Shown here: positions 1 through 9,286 of the stretch, one piece after another
Layout of the letters: each line of letters starts with the position of its first letter
Numbering within the stretch: position 1 is the stretch's first letter
Assembly: GCA_019058365.1 (NCBI GenBank)
Contig: JAHPZE010000001.1
Span: 352,001 to 416,000, forward strand
DNA: 64,000 bases
From: Promethearchaeota archaeon
GTDB lineage: Archaea; Asgardarchaeota; Lokiarchaeia; Sigyniarchaeales; SOKP01
Direction: 5' to 3'
Notes under the pieces: generated by a model
What the model was told of the DNA's origin: nothing
The model's database searches: none
What the model saw: only the letters and a program-made list of their open reading frames with translations
Translations under genes and position numbers: made by a program

Positions 1-991
1 TATTTTCCATTTCAATTAACTCTACTCCTGGAAGTTGTTTAATTAATTCTCTTGGAACATTATATAACTTATCCGCTAACCGCCCCATCCGACAAGAGTC
101 ATGATATGTCACCTTGATGTCAGAAATAGAAGGGAATCTTACATTTTTGAGAATTTTTTCTTCAAGAAAGAATTCAGAAAAATGCTTCACTTTAAAATCA
201 AAATTGTCTATTATTTTTGGATAATCAAATTTCCAAGTTCTATATCCTTCAGCACATCCAACAATAACAGTTTTTACACCAGCGTTTCTATAAAGCTGAG
301 TGTTATATTCGGCAAACGTTTTAAAAGTTTCAATATCTCCTTTACCCCATAGAACGTCATGTCCACAGCATTTTTCATTTAAAACTACTGGCACAATATC
401 GGCTTCATTAAGTAAACTTATTATTGTAATAGGTATATTAGTATATTTCAAATTTAAATTATAAAATACTTCTTCCATTAAAGGTAAACACCCAATAAAG
501 TAAGCAATCTCTCCAGATTCCGTTGTTTTCAAACCTTCCTCCTTTAAAAATTCTAATTTATTTGGGTTCATCAGATTATCTGCCATTATTCTCCAGATTA
601 GTGGAAAAATTTGATTATGTGTTTCACACTGACTAATTCTATTCATTTGGAGTGGATTATTTCTAGAAATCTTTCTCAATTCTAAAATTAGTTTAGGTAT
701 ATTTATGCCGTCATTTTCTTGACTCATTGGACAATAAATTGTACATTGCCCACAAGTAAGACAATTCCATATGTTATGTTTTTTTACAACTTCTTCCACC
801 GAAGAAAAAATTAAATCCCCTACTAATTTTCGTGGAAAAAACAAGTTTAAGTGCGAAAGTGGACACACATTTACACATCGATTGCAAGCATAACAAAAAT
901 TTGACGTTGCAATGACATTTTTGATGCTTTCGCCTAAAATTTGGCAGTCTGAATTATCAGTTTCAATTTCATGATTAAGATAAGATGACAT
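1..991 (-). CDS. HdrD/GlpC-like Fe-S oxidoreductase (2x[4Fe-4S] plus CCG domains), 3' end runs off the window
   Basis: Not in the ORF track; translated by hand from ATG 991: CYACNRCVNVCP, CLTCGQCTIYCP, YFIGC, EKCCGHD, GCAEG, YHDSCR. Paralog of 59767..61047. Confidence 0.9.
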   Translation of the reverse strand, partial: MSSYLNHEIETDNSDCQILGESIKNVIATSNFCYACNRCVNVCPLSHLNLFFPRKLVGDLIFSSVEEVVKKHNIWNCLTCGQCTIYCPMSQENDGINIPKLILELRKISRNNPLQMNRISQCETHNQIFPLIWRIMADNLMNPNKLEFLKEEGLKTTESGEIAYFIGCLPLMEEVFYNLNLKYTNIPITIISLLNEADIVPVVLNEKCCGHDVLWGKGDIETFKTFAEYNTQLYRNAGVKTVIVGCAEGYRTWKFDYPKIIDNFDFKVKHFSEFFLEEKILKNVRFPSISDIKVTYHDSCRMGRLADKLYNVPRELIKQLPGVELIEMEN

Positions 992-997
992 CGAAAA

Positions 998-1129
998 TTA
1001 TTCCTCGATATACCATTCAAAATACCCGCATTTAGAACATACATATGTTCTAACATTAGGCGCAGTACGTCTGTATACATAATCATTATTTTCCAACATT
1101 GCCCCACATTTATTACAAAATTCTTTCAT
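998..1129 (-). CDS. 43-aa zinc-ribbon microprotein
   Basis: MKEFCNKCGAMLENNDYVYRRTAPNVRTYVCSKCGYFEWYIEE; two CxxCG knuckles; the stop lies a few bases upstream of the HdrD-like ATG. Confidence 0.75.
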   Translation of the reverse strand: MKEFCNKCGAMLENNDYVYRRTAPNVRTYVCSKCGYFEWYIEE

Positions 1130-1652
1130 TTCTCTTTTTTCTACTAAAATGCGTATATCACCTTTTTTTTTAAACAGGATTAATTAAATAATTTTAAAAA
1201 TTTCGTTTCCTCTTAATTTTTATAAATTTTCAAAATGATCTATCTCTAAGATGAAAAAGGTAATCCACATATAAAAATCCTTGCACTGAATTTTTCTCTT
1301 CTAGCATTTCATTGATTGAATATAATATCTCTATGTTAGAGATCTAATCATTTTGATTTCTTTAATAAGAGAATTATTTAATTATAGGAAAAATAATGAT
1401 AAAATTAGATAATTATATTTTTGATTTATAAATATTAATTAACATTATTATAGATAAATATAAAATATTTAGGAAAATTTACAGATTTGTTATATTTTAC
1501 ATTACAGATTTGTCTATATATGCTGATAAAAAATTATAAATTTATCGTAATGAATCGACTTTTTGAGTAAAAAATACCATGTAAGTTGAAATTAACCATT
1601 CTATTCTTGATACTTAAAATCAAAAAACAGTTGAAATGTTGAAATTATTTAT

Positions 1653-1671
1653 TTGTCAAAAAATTTGACAA
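1653..1671. promoter_or_regulatory. Perfect inverted repeat TTGTCAAA-AAA-TTTGACAA, candidate operator in the divergent intergenic region
   Basis: 8-bp arms; related half-sites near 1783; separate direct repeat TTACAGATTTGT at 1479 and 1502. Confidence 0.45.
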
Positions 1672-1952
1672 TTTTTATTTTCAATTTAAATTTAGAAAAA
1701 AGGGTTATTTTAGGAAAAAGTCAAAATAGTCAATATTTCTAATGAAAATAAAAATTATAGAAAATAAGTTTTGAAAAATAAATTTGTCAAAATGATAAAA
1801 ATTTTTCTTATCAAACTATTTAAATTCTAATCAGATTATTATATAATTAGAATTAGTCTCATGCCTCAGAAAGATGGAATGGGTTCATCTTAAGAGGTTA
1901 TGATAGTTATATTAAGAACTATTAATAAAAAAGAAAAAAGAAGGGAATTAAA

Positions 1953-2582
1953 ATGGAAGTATTAGAATTAAAACCAATAAACAACAAAAAAATTACTATA
2001 TATTTAATAGATAAAATGAGAATTAACCCTGAACTTAATGATATTGATCTATTAAAGGATTTGATAAATATTAATGATGTTTCTTTTATTACAGTTGAAA
2101 TAAATAATGAAAACTTTAGAGAGTTTAAAAATTCCAATCTTTCAATTATAATAGGTGCTCTAAACTTAGAATATCACTTATTAGATATACCTGAATATGC
2201 GTATGGATATCTTTTTGAAGAGATAAACAAGAAAGAAGAGCAAATTAGAGAGTTATTAACAGAATATAAAAATATGGATGATAAAAACTCTCTTAAAGGG
2301 CTAAATTTAAAATCTTGGATTGATGTTCTTCAAAAGGAAATCAATCATGATAAAAGCATTCTAGAAACAAAAACAAGACCACAATGGATTGTTAAAAAAA
2401 TTTTGGATTTAGTAAGATTACATCAACATGAAGAATTATGTGTTATTCATTTTTTCCATGAAAGAACTTTAGCAGAATTAACTAAACAATTGAGAGAACT
2501 TCATATAGAAGCAATTGTTTATGAATTGAATAATTTTCACAATATCCCATATATAATTATAAAACAAGAGGGGAATAATTAA
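1953..2582 (+). CDS. Hypothetical protein, paralog of the N-terminal domain of the next gene (possible degenerate TraB/ChaN/EreA-like fold)
   Basis: Same MEVLELKP start; aligned motifs FITVE, LLDIPEYA, coiled coil, TRPQWI; TAATG stop/start overlap with the next gene. Confidence 0.75.
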   Translation: MEVLELKPINNKKITIYLIDKMRINPELNDIDLLKDLININDVSFITVEINNENFREFKNSNLSIIIGALNLEYHLLDIPEYAYGYLFEEINKKEEQIRELLTEYKNMDDKNSLKGLNLKSWIDVLQKEINHDKSILETKTRPQWIVKKILDLVRLHQHEELCVIHFFHERTLAELTKQLRELHIEAIVYELNNFHNIPYIIIKQEGNN

Positions 2583-4261
2583 TGGAAGTTTTAGAATTAA
2601 AACCTTTAAAAAAACAAAGTTTAAAATTGGTATTAATAGAAAGTGAGTTTCCAATAGATTGGTGGTTTGAACCCACAGCACAGAAAAAGCATGATTTAGT
2701 ATGGAATTTGCACCTAATTTCCAGGGAATATCTTAATCTGATTGAAAATCTTATAGTTAAATATGACCCTGATTTCGCAATCGAAGAAAAAGGAAGTCGG
2801 TGGGAAGATACAATATCTAACGAAGATCCATTAGAAAAGCTATTTAGAGAAAATAACGTCCCATATAAAATGGTAGATATTTCAGAAAACGCAGAAAATT
2901 ATCTTTCCTCGAATTTAGAGGACCAAAGAGCGCTTATAAAACAATTAATAAAATCAATTGAAGATACTAAAAAGAATAATGAGAAAAAAATTTTAAAAGA
3001 TGAATTTGAATTTCAACGGATGATTTTATGGAAGGAATATTTACAGCAAGAATATAATTTTCAAGAAAATGAGATAAGATATAATGTTCGGGAAGCTTGG
3101 ATGATGATGGGAATTCTAAAATTTGCGAAAAAGATGATAGAAAAAAAGCTAATAGCATTCTTTATCTGTGATTCAAGACACTTTGAAGGAATAAGAAAAT
3201 TAACAGAAGAATTAGGCATCGAAACGGAAGAAATTAAAATTAAAAGGTCTGCAAAAATAATAAATAATCCTGGTTCTAATTCAATCAAAAATATAATTGG
3301 AAAAAGTATACTCGAATTATCTCCGATTAAAGTCAAAAAGAAAGAGTCGTTAGAAAAGATATGTTATTTTTTTGATACCGATGATAATGCTTCTCCTTTC
3401 GATATAAATATGGCTTATGACGCAAGTTTTGATGTAGTTATACCTATTAGCAAGATGACTGCTGATCAAGTACCAAAACTCGTACAAGATGCTATTTTTT
3501 CCCGTAAACCAAAAGCACCTACAACTTTCTTTATCGGTGGCTCAAATGTAAAAGAAGGTGAAAAAATTGCTAAAAAAGTTATTGAATCTTTAGTACCCCC
3601 ATTTGAATGCCCCGTGATAATAGATCCTCGTGGTTCACACACCACAGCTTCTTCTGTAGTTGCGAAAACAATGGAATTTGCTAGAGAACATGATTTATAT
3701 GATTTAAAAGGTAAAAAAGTGGTTGTTTTAGGAGCAGGTCCAGTTGGAAGAATTGCAGCTATTATTGCGGCAAAATTAAATTGTAAAACGTATTTAGTAG
3801 AAACTTGGGAAAAATCGAATGAAGAATTTATAAAACGACTAGTTAAAGAATTAAACGAAGAAGTTGGAGAAAATGAAATTATTGGTGTTTTTGCACCTAA
3901 TGATGAAAAGAAATTAGAAATAGTAAAGAGTGCAGATATTATATGGTCCTTAGCAGCAGTGGGAGTTCAAGTATTATCAAAAGAACTCATGAGCAAATTG
4001 ACAAATAAAATTGTATTAGATATAAATTTAGTACCTCCTTATGGAATTGAGGGATTAAAACCTAAAGATAATAATAAAGAACTTTATCCAACTATAAATG
4101 GAACGGGAGCATTAGCCGTTGGAAGGCTTAAGTCAGAAGTTGAGGCCTCAATTTTAAAAGAAGCAGCAATTACTAAGGGGAAAAGAATTTTTGATTATAA
4201 TGAAGCATTTGAAAAGGCTAAAAATATACTATTTGGAAGGGAAATAAAAATTTCTCATTAA
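2582..4261 (+). CDS. Fusion of an unknown ~250-aa N-terminal domain with an NAD(P)-dependent methylene-H4MPT/H4F dehydrogenase (MtdA/MtdB family)
   Basis: C-terminal half carries FDTDDNASPFDINMAYD, DPRGSHTTA, GKKVVVLGAGPVG, DINLVPPYGIEG and GALAVGRLK, all matching MtdA/B motifs. Confidence 0.85.
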   Translation: MEVLELKPLKKQSLKLVLIESEFPIDWWFEPTAQKKHDLVWNLHLISREYLNLIENLIVKYDPDFAIEEKGSRWEDTISNEDPLEKLFRENNVPYKMVDISENAENYLSSNLEDQRALIKQLIKSIEDTKKNNEKKILKDEFEFQRMILWKEYLQQEYNFQENEIRYNVREAWMMMGILKFAKKMIEKKLIAFFICDSRHFEGIRKLTEELGIETEEIKIKRSAKIINNPGSNSIKNIIGKSILELSPIKVKKKESLEKICYFFDTDDNASPFDINMAYDASFDVVIPISKMTADQVPKLVQDAIFSRKPKAPTTFFIGGSNVKEGEKIAKKVIESLVPPFECPVIIDPRGSHTTASSVVAKTMEFAREHDLYDLKGKKVVVLGAGPVGRIAAIIAAKLNCKTYLVETWEKSNEEFIKRLVKELNEEVGENEIIGVFAPNDEKKLEIVKSADIIWSLAAVGVQVLSKELMSKLTNKIVLDINLVPPYGIEGLKPKDNNKELYPTINGTGALAVGRLKSEVEASILKEAAITKGKRIFDYNEAFEKAKNILFGREIKISH

Positions 4262-4272
4262 TTTTTTTTTTA
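4262..4272 (+). terminator. Oligo-T archaeal terminator
   Basis: T run directly after the stop codon. Confidence 0.5.
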
Positions 4273-4331
4273 TCTTAAATCTTAAGATTTTGGCAATTAT
4301 TTTTTATTTCTACTATTATAAAATGCTTAGT

Positions 4332-4495
4332 TGAATAGATTTCACTTCTATTAGAATCCTTCGAATACTCTTCGTTTTATTATATATATGATAGGGTTTC
4401 ATTCGACATATTTATAAATGTTAAATGACATATTTAAAATGAAGAGATATCTTCTATTGAATTTAAAAGAAAAACTCAAAACTGAATTTTATTCG
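4332..4495. promoter_or_regulatory. gdhA upstream region with 13-bp YGAA-N5-TTCR boxes (4332, 4362, half-site 4393, 4483)
   Basis: TGAATAGATTTCA, CGAATACTCTTCG, TGAATTTTATTCG; the first sites are spaced 30-31 bp apart; TATA-like TTTATAAA at ~4411. Confidence 0.55.
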
Positions 4496-4497
4496 AA

Positions 4498-5853
4498 ATG
4501 TTAGAAAATAAAAAAAAAGAACAGATGAAATTCATTTATCCAGAAACTTTAATTTCTCCAGATGAAATTGAAATTTATGGAAAGGAAGAGAAAGAATTAA
4601 TCCCAGAAACAAATCCATTCGAAATGGCAAAGAAACAAATTGATATTGTTGCCAAAGAGATGTGTTTAAATGATAATATAAAAAAATTCCTTAAAAGGGT
4701 AGAGCGTTCCTTAATTGTATCGATTCCAATCAAAATGGATGATGGAGATCTTGAGATATTCGAGGGATATAGGGTACAACATTCAACCCTTCGTGGTCCT
4801 GGTAAAGGAGGTATTAGATTTGCTCCAAATGTTAATCTTGATGAAGTTAAAGCATTAGCTACTTGGATGACTTGGAAATGTAGCCTATTATGTTTACCTC
4901 TGGGGGGAGCAAAAGGAGGTATATGTGTTGATCCCAAGAAATTATCAAAAAACGAGTTAGAAAGATTAACTCGGAGATATACAACAGAAATAATAAATGT
5001 TATAGGTCCAGATATAGATATTCCTGCTCCAGATGTAAATACTGACCCTCAAATCATGGCTTGGATTATGGATACTTATTCTATGCATAAAGGGAGGGCT
5101 ATTCCTGGAGTTGTAACAGGGAAACCAATAGAAATAGGGGGTTCAGTAGGGAGAGAAACTGCTACTGGAATGGGGTTATTTTTTGTACTCGAAGCGTTAT
5201 GTACTAAAATGAATATAGATCTAAAAACCCAGAGTATTGTTGTACAGGGATTTGGTAATGTTGGGGGAAATATTGCTCAAATTTTATATGATAAAGGCTG
5301 CAAAATAATTGCTGTGTCAGATATAAGTGGAGGTTTATACTCAAATAGAGGATTAAATATTAAAGAATTATTAGAGTGGAGAGATGGGAAAAATTACTTA
5401 AAGGATTTTCAGAATAAAGATTATAATTATATCAGTAATGAGGATATGCTAATGTTAAGATGTGATATTCTAATTCCCGCAGCAATGGAAAACCAAATAA
5501 CGAAAGTAAATGCTAATAATTTAAAATGTAAAGTTGTATTAGAAGGTGCTAATGGCCCAACTACTCCAGAAGCAGACGATATTTTGAAAAAAAAAGGAAT
5601 AATAGTAGTGCCTGATATTCTTGCTAATGCTGGAGGTGTATGTGTCTCTTATTTTGAATATATTCAAGATATTCATAGCTATTTTTGGAAATTAGAAAGA
5701 ATTAATCATGAATTAAAGAATATCCTTGTTAATACATTTGAGAATGTTTACATATTATCAAAAGAAAAGAATGTTACCTTACGAATAGCCTCTTATATGA
5801 TTGCTATTGCAAGATTAGCTAAAGCAATTGAACTGAGAGGAATTTTCCCTTAG
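4498..5853 (+). CDS. gdhA: Glu/Leu/Phe/Val dehydrogenase, most likely glutamate dehydrogenase
   Basis: GPGKGGIRF, GGAKGG, DIPAPDVNT, VQGFGNVG, EGANGP, PDILANAGGV. Confidence 0.93.
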   Translation: MLENKKKEQMKFIYPETLISPDEIEIYGKEEKELIPETNPFEMAKKQIDIVAKEMCLNDNIKKFLKRVERSLIVSIPIKMDDGDLEIFEGYRVQHSTLRGPGKGGIRFAPNVNLDEVKALATWMTWKCSLLCLPLGGAKGGICVDPKKLSKNELERLTRRYTTEIINVIGPDIDIPAPDVNTDPQIMAWIMDTYSMHKGRAIPGVVTGKPIEIGGSVGRETATGMGLFFVLEALCTKMNIDLKTQSIVVQGFGNVGGNIAQILYDKGCKIIAVSDISGGLYSNRGLNIKELLEWRDGKNYLKDFQNKDYNYISNEDMLMLRCDILIPAAMENQITKVNANNLKCKVVLEGANGPTTPEADDILKKKGIIVVPDILANAGGVCVSYFEYIQDIHSYFWKLERINHELKNILVNTFENVYILSKEKNVTLRIASYMIAIARLAKAIELRGIFP

Positions 5854-6749
5854 GCTTTATTTTTTTTTTCTATATTAAAATTTATTTTATGAGTCATTTT
5901 AAAAATATCTATAAAACTTGAAACATGCATTGGTAATTGTATTCCATTCATAGTTTTAATTTCTTCATTAACAAATCTCCAAAGATTTTTCTCATTTATA
6001 GCAATAATTTTTACTAATAAATTATGATCCCCGGTTGAAGAGGCAACTAATTGAATCTCCTCATAACTGGCTAACTTTTTTGCGACATCATCCAATTTCA
6101 GTGGATCAACAGAGAGACCAAGAATGGCTATAGATTCATATCCAACTTTAAATGGATCTACAAGTGTATCGAATTTTCTTATTATACCCTCTTTTATCAT
6201 ATTTTGCACTCGATTATGTATAGTACTAGCAGCTAGATCTACTTTTTTACTTAAATCTTTATAAGAGATTCTATAATTTTCCTGTAAAGAATTAAGAATT
6301 TCTTTATCTTTTTCATCGAATTGCATTTTTAGAGCTTTTTCTCTAGTCTTTTCACTTTCAATTCTGTGTCTTTCAATAGCATAGATTATTGATCGTATTA
6401 AACTTGGTCCATTAAGCTCACCTTTCACTAAATAATCTTGAGCTCCTTTTTGAAGAGATTGTAATGCAAAATCCTTATCATCTAACCCTGTTAAAACAAT
6501 TATAGGAATCTTATCAGTTACACTCAAGACTTTTTCTAAAGTGGATTCTCTATCACTATCTGGTAAAGTTAAATCTAATAAAATAATATCAAATTGTTTA
6601 GTTTTTAGATTATTTAAACTGTCAGAAAGCCGAGGATGTGATTCTAAATTAAACTTGAAGTCCGCAGACTTTTTTAATAATTCTTCAATAAGACGTACAT
6701 CAACAGAATTATCTTCAATTAGTAGTATATCAAGTTTCTTATTCTCTAT
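5850..6749 (-). CDS. Response regulator: receiver domain fused to an Lrp/AsnC HTH and RAM domain; probable ATA start
   Basis: The frame stays open upstream of the called TTG (6527), adding ILLIEDN...FDIILLDLTLPD (phospho-acceptor Asp); VLTG and AQDYLVK follow, then the Lrp HTH ISYKDLSKKVDLAASTIHNRV. In-frame TGA at 6758; GGTGA lies 6 nt before ATA 6749. Confidence 0.88.
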   Translation of the reverse strand: MENKKLDILLIEDNSVDVRLIEELLKKSADFKFNLESHPRLSDSLNNLKTKQFDIILLDLTLPDSDRESTLEKVLSVTDKIPIIVLTGLDDKDFALQSLQKGAQDYLVKGELNGPSLIRSIIYAIERHRIESEKTREKALKMQFDEKDKEILNSLQENYRISYKDLSKKVDLAASTIHNRVQNMIKEGIIRKFDTLVDPFKVGYESIAILGLSVDPLKLDDVAKKLASYEEIQLVASSTGDHNLLVKIIAINEKNLWRFVNEEIKTMNGIQLPMHVSSFIDIFKMTHKINFNIEKKNKA

Positions 6750-7114
6750 AATTATTCACCCATTTTTTTTTTTGTAAATTATATTAAAATTAAAATCTTT
6801 TTCAATTCTTTTTTCGTCATTCTGAATAATATTCAATTTAATATAAATAATTATTATATTTATAAACCGAACAGGGTAATATAAGTTATAAAATTTTTAA
6901 GGTTACAATGCAATTTATAATTATTTCTATAAATTTTAAACTGAAATCTCATATTCTGTACTAAAAATTATGCTATTTTTATTCGATAAAATTTATTTTG
7001 TTTTGGACAATATTCTAATTAAATAAGAATTTTTCTTAGGATCTTAAAATTTATGATTTTCTATGAATCTTTTTAAAAAACTCAAATTAGCAAATATATA
7101 ATAAAAGATGGGAG

Positions 7115-8182
7115 ATGATTGTAATGAATTTGAAGTTTAAAGAACAGAAAATGAGATTTTTGATTATTTTAATTTTAGTTATTGTTTCATGTTTATTAAT
7201 TTATTATTTCGAGGTAATTCTTAACACATCTATCTTGGTTGCGCATTTTTTTTACTTTCCTTCAATTTTAGCATGTTTATGGTGGAAAAGAAAAGGATTA
7301 ATCATCCCCACATTTTTAGCGACAATATTAATCATTATTCATCTCATTCTGGATGATAATCTTTTTATTTTAGACACTATTAATAACTTTGTAAGAGGAA
7401 TCTCCTTAATAATTGTGGGAATAGTGGTATCATTCCTATCTGAGCATATTTCTAGAAGAGAAATTGAATTCAATAAAATTACGGAGGATCTAAAGCGATC
7501 TAATGAAGATTTACAACAATTTGCTTATGTAGCATCTCATGACTTACAAGAACCTTTACGAGCAATTGTAAGCTTTTCTCAACTTTTAGAAGATAAATAT
7601 AGAGAAAAAATAGATAAGGATGGTAAAGAATTTATACATTTTATTACGGACGGCGCAAAAAAAATGAATACTCTTATAAAAGACTTATTATCATATTCAA
7701 GAATCACAACCCACGCTAAGCCTTCTAAATTAACTAACCTTGAAAATATTCTAAAAGATGCTTTATTTAATCTGCAAGAATCCATAAAAGAAAGTGATGC
7801 CGTTATAACTTATGATAAAATGCCAACATTGAAAGTGGAGAAAACTCAATTTACACAATTATTTCAGAATTTACTTAGCAATGCTATAAAATTCCGAAGA
7901 CAAGAACCGCCTAGAATACATGTTGGGGTAAAGAAGGTCAATGATGAATGGTTATTCTCTGTAAAAGATAATGGTATAGGAATTGAGTCAAAATTTTTTG
8001 ATAAGCTTTTTAATATTTTTTACCGGTTACATACTAAAGAAGAATATCCCGGTACAGGAATAGGATTACCCATATGCAAGAAGATAGTTCAACGATATGG
8101 AGGAAAAATATGGGTAGAATCAAAAATAGGTAAAGGATCAACCTTCTTTTTTACGATTTTTCCAAAAAAAAATAAACAATAA
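7115..8182 (+). CDS. Membrane-bound sensor histidine kinase (HisKA plus HATPase_c)
   Basis: About 4 N-terminal TM helices; H-box FAYVASHDLQEPL; N-box QNLLSNAIKF; G boxes DNGIGI, GTGIGL, GKGSTF. Confidence 0.95.
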   Translation: MIVMNLKFKEQKMRFLIILILVIVSCLLIYYFEVILNTSILVAHFFYFPSILACLWWKRKGLIIPTFLATILIIIHLILDDNLFILDTINNFVRGISLIIVGIVVSFLSEHISRREIEFNKITEDLKRSNEDLQQFAYVASHDLQEPLRAIVSFSQLLEDKYREKIDKDGKEFIHFITDGAKKMNTLIKDLLSYSRITTHAKPSKLTNLENILKDALFNLQESIKESDAVITYDKMPTLKVEKTQFTQLFQNLLSNAIKFRRQEPPRIHVGVKKVNDEWLFSVKDNGIGIESKFFDKLFNIFYRLHTKEEYPGTGIGLPICKKIVQRYGGKIWVESKIGKGSTFFFTIFPKKNKQ

Positions 8183-8194
8183 TTATAGATAATA

Positions 8195-8641
8195 ATGAAT
8201 GAATATAAAAAAATTAAGGCTAAAATCTTACTCGTAGAAGATAATGCCGCAGATATTCGCCTTACGAAAGAAGTCCTTCAAGAAAGGAAAATGGTTAGTA
8301 GCTTAGATGTTGTTCGGGATGGCGTTGAAGTAATAGATTTTCTAAAGAAAAAAGGGAAATATTCTAATGCTAATACCCCTAATTTAATTCTTTTAGATTT
8401 GAATTTGCCAAAGAGAAATGGATTTGAGGTATTAGAAGAAATCAAGCGAGATGAAGAATTAAAGCGAATTCCCGTGGTAATTTTAACTGTATCTGACGCA
8501 AATGAAGATTTAGTAAAAGCTTATAATCTCCATGCTAATTGTTACGTAATTAAACCTTTAGAAATGAAGGAATTCTCTAGAATTATTAATTCAATAGTGA
8601 TTTTTTGGTTTAGAATTGTAAAGCATATTCAGGTAGAATAA
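8195..8641 (+). CDS. Stand-alone receiver protein (Rcp1-like)
   Basis: LLVEDN, LILLDLNLP, VILT, ANCYVIKP. Confidence 0.93.
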   Translation: MNEYKKIKAKILLVEDNAADIRLTKEVLQERKMVSSLDVVRDGVEVIDFLKKKGKYSNANTPNLILLDLNLPKRNGFEVLEEIKRDEELKRIPVVILTVSDANEDLVKAYNLHANCYVIKPLEMKEFSRIINSIVIFWFRIVKHIQVE

Positions 8642-8692
8642 ATTTAAAGTAAAAATAGAATTATATTTATTTTTACTTATATTAAATATCGT

Positions 8693-9286
8693 TTACACGA
8701 TTTTTACTGCTTGTGTTGACTTATATATATCTAAAAAGTTGGATACATGAATTTGAGGTTTTATTCCACTTAGTGTCTTTATTTTTATATTTATAAAGTT
8801 CCAGAGTGATTTTTCATCTTTAGCAATTATCTGAGCTACAATATCGTGATCTCCTGATGAAATTGCTACAAGTTGAGTCTCATCATAGGATGCAATCTTT
8901 TCAGCAATTTCACTCATTTTAAGTGGGTCAACTGAAAGGCCTACCAATGCTATAGTGTTGTAACCAATTTTCCCTGGATCTACTATAGCACCAAATTGTT
9001 TTATTATTTCATCCTCAATCATCTTTGTTACTCTATTATGAATTGTACTTGCAGCCATTTTCAACTTTTCCGCTAATTCGCGATATGAAATTTTATCATT
9101 TTCTTGTAAAATATTTAGAATCTTTTTATCTGTAGCATCTATACAAAGACAATTCCAAGGACGATTTTCACGATCATCATTAAAAATGACTCCGTGTTCT
9201 ATTGAACCTCCTTCACAACAGTGATATATTTTTCTTCCTAATGAGTATTCTTCTCCACATTTAGGACATATTACCATTATCATCAA
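8693..9286 (-). CDS. Lrp/AsnC regulator with an N-terminal Cys-rich (zinc-ribbon-like) extension
   Basis: CPKC...HCC...CLC, then ISYRELAEKLKMAASTIHNRV; close paralog of the Lrp part of 5850..6749. Confidence 0.9.
   Translation of the reverse strand: MMIMVICPKCGEEYSLGRKIYHCCEGGSIEHGVIFNDDRENRPWNCLCIDATDKKILNILQENDKISYRELAEKLKMAASTIHNRVTKMIEDEIIKQFGAIVDPGKIGYNTIALVGLSVDPLKMSEIAEKIASYDETQLVAISSGDHDIVAQIIAKDEKSLWNFINIKIKTLSGIKPQIHVSNFLDIYKSTQAVKIV

Noticed and set aside
1160-1950. Replication origin in the long AT-rich spacer
   Set aside because: No ORB-like G-string repeats and no adjacent orc1/cdc6 gene.
2582-4261. Methanogenesis inferred from mtd and hdr
   Set aside because: There is no mcr or mtr in the window; both enzyme families are widespread in non-methanogens.
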